Shown one piece after another: positions 62,274 through 64,000 of a stretch of DNA of 64,000 nucleotides. The DNA lies in the NCBI GenBank assembly GCA_904063045.1, contig CAJFCJ010000002.1:3777891-3841890 (forward strand). The letters run 5' to 3'. Each line of letters begins with the position of its first letter. Positions within the stretch are counted from its first letter, which is position 1. This DNA comes from Dimorphilus gyrociliatus (taxonomy: Eukaryota > Animalia > Annelida). The notes under the pieces are model-generated. The model made no database searches and was not told the DNA's origin. It was given only the letters and a program-made list of their open reading frames with translations. Both the position numbers and the translations under genes were made by a program.

Positions 62274-64000
62274 ATGAACAACGAAGAAAGTATTAAAAAT
62301 GAAAAGGACGAGTTGGATGAAAACTTGGATCAAGAGACAGGAACACCATGGAAGGGTTAGTATTAGCTAGCAACTTTGATTACATAAATTGCTCCTATAT
62401 TATTTATATAGTTAAGTTAAATAAGTAAGTGTAAAAGCTTTATAGTAAATTAGGTGAGTTTTAAGTAATATTAATAATTCATTTATTATATTATTTAATT
62501 ATTAAGTTCTTATTCAATTTAGAACTGGATACTAAAGGAAAAGTTTTAAGGGTTTTAATGACAATTGGCCGTATAATATGTGTATTTGGTTTATTGTATT
62601 TCTTCGTATGCTCAATAGATATAATGAGTTCAGCTTTTCAATTAATTGGAGGTTTGTAATAAATTTAATATTTTCACTAAATATCATATAAGTTTATTAA
62701 ACTACTTATTTTAAATGTTTGCTTAATTATAACGGTTTTTATTACTCAGGTAGAGCTGCTGGATCAGCCTTTAGAAACAGTAAAATTTTAAGTAATCCGG
62801 TTTGTGGTTTAATGATTGGAGTAATTGTAACCGCCCTATTACAAAGTTCATCTACAACTACCTCAATTATTGTAGCTATGGTTTCCTCTAATCGTAAGTG
62901 ATGTTATAGTTTCAAGCAGAAATATACTCATATTGGCGCCATCTAGAAAATTAAGATATAATAATTATGACCATATATCCTAGAAGGCAGTGACCTATGA
63001 GTCGTAATGCTTCAGATATAAAGATATGAATTAACGACAACTTTCTATATTACTTTCAGTTATGACGGTTCGCATTGGTATCCCTATAGTGATGGGTGCG
63101 AATATTGGAACGTCAGTTACTAGCATCATAGTTTCGCTCTTCCAATCGGGCGACAGGAATCAATTTCGAGTAAAAAATACATATATTATCCCCTCCAACT
63201 TTGGCGTGCATTTTTTTTCTCGCGAATCACTAGGGGCCACTGATCTTTGACCTATGATGATCTATTTTCCCGCCTATAAAAACGAGCTATTTCCTACTCC
63301 ACATACCATTTCTCCCACCCCTAACCCTCCCCCTTTTTGCCTCCCACTCCTTAATATTTTAAACTATCGTAATCTCAAGATCTCTTCAAATGTTTTTTAT
63401 TCTTTTCAGAGGGCTTTCGCGGCAGCTATAGTACACGATATGTTTAATTGGTTAGCTGTAATTATTCTACTTCCGATTGAAGCCATTGCACATCCTTTGG
63501 AAAGGCTAACTTATCTTATGGTTAAGAATATTAAATCTCCACCTCCAACTGCAGCGCCAAAATTTCTTAAAGTTATCACATCTCCTTTAACTGATAAGAT
63601 AGTACAAGTAAGTGTAGTCTTTATTCACTTGTGAAAACAATCTTTCTTCGTATGTTGTTAAGGCGAACGCCATCTGATGTTTAAGGATTAAATATTATTG
63701 AAATTATGTTATGAGTAATGAAAAAAGCACCTTATTTTTTTAATGTCAAATTATCTCTTTAGTCCTGGTTTAAGAATGCTAATGTGATATATTTTTTTAA
63801 CCTTAAACAGATTGATAGGCAAATTGTTGAGTTCATTGCAAGCAAAGGAAACGTCACTGCAGAATTTAATAAAAGATGGCCCTTATTGAAATATTGGTGT
63901 GATAAAGATATTCCCAGCATTACTAACTGTACAGTTATACCAACCAATGAGGTTGACTCATTTAAAAATCGTTTAAGTGATATTCAATGGGCTTTTGATT
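62274..64000 (+). CDS. SLC34A: SLC34 type II sodium/phosphate cotransporter, 5' part (runs off the window)
   Basis: Exons 62274-62355, 62523-62651, 62750-62893, 63060-63169, 63410-63607, 63811-end. Signature [47 protein letters not shown] possible in-frame upstream exon lies at 61486-61541. Confidence 0.93.

Noticed and set aside
5030-64000. A functional neural or phosphate-transport gene cluster (GluN2, SLC17, gliomedin, GPCR, SLC34)
   Set aside because: The families are unrelated, orientations are mixed, and nothing in the sequence shows co-regulation. Such neighbours are expected in a gene-dense animal genome.
1-64000. CRISPR arrays, rRNA, tRNA, intact transposons or viral genes
   Set aside because: I saw no spaced direct-repeat array, tRNA cloverleaf or box signatures, transposase/RT/integrase motifs, or terminal repeats with target duplications.

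Overview
Eukaryotic (animal) genomic DNA, AT-rich (roughly 30% GC by eye), gene-dense, with many short introns (commonly 55-100 nt). This fits a compact invertebrate genome, possibly a small-genome spiralian such as a meiofaunal annelid, but I cannot verify the organism. By hand-splicing I reconstruct these genes: a GluN2-type NMDA receptor subunit (+); a sialin-like SLC17 transporter (+); a ~2,336-aa membrane mucin-like protein with TSP1, EGF, NIDO, AMOP and VWD modules (-); a Ly6/uPAR + EB-module protein (-); a secreted orphan with discoidin-like repeats plus a decayed paralogue (-); a gliomedin-like collagen/olfactomedin protein (-); a CRT-like transporter (+); a class A neuropeptide GPCR (+); a tentative proline-rich orphan gene inside a ~10-kb regulatory-looking stretch (-); and the 5' part of an SLC34 Na/Pi cotransporter (+) that runs off the window. 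I found no rRNA, tRNA, CRISPR array or intact transposon, and no clear-cut novel multi-gene system. The best leads are: a dense, orientation-biased set of CTCF-type motifs; an enriched non-coding palindrome TAGGCCTA; GC-AG introns needed to build two genes; unusual pore (Gly-Ala) and ligand-pocket (Lys) residues in GluN2; the tightly packed minus-strand trio of extracellular-module genes with compatible splice phases; and the orphan gene and hairpin in the 51-61 kb stretch. All gene models were derived by hand from splice signals and frame continuity, not from transcript data or database searches.
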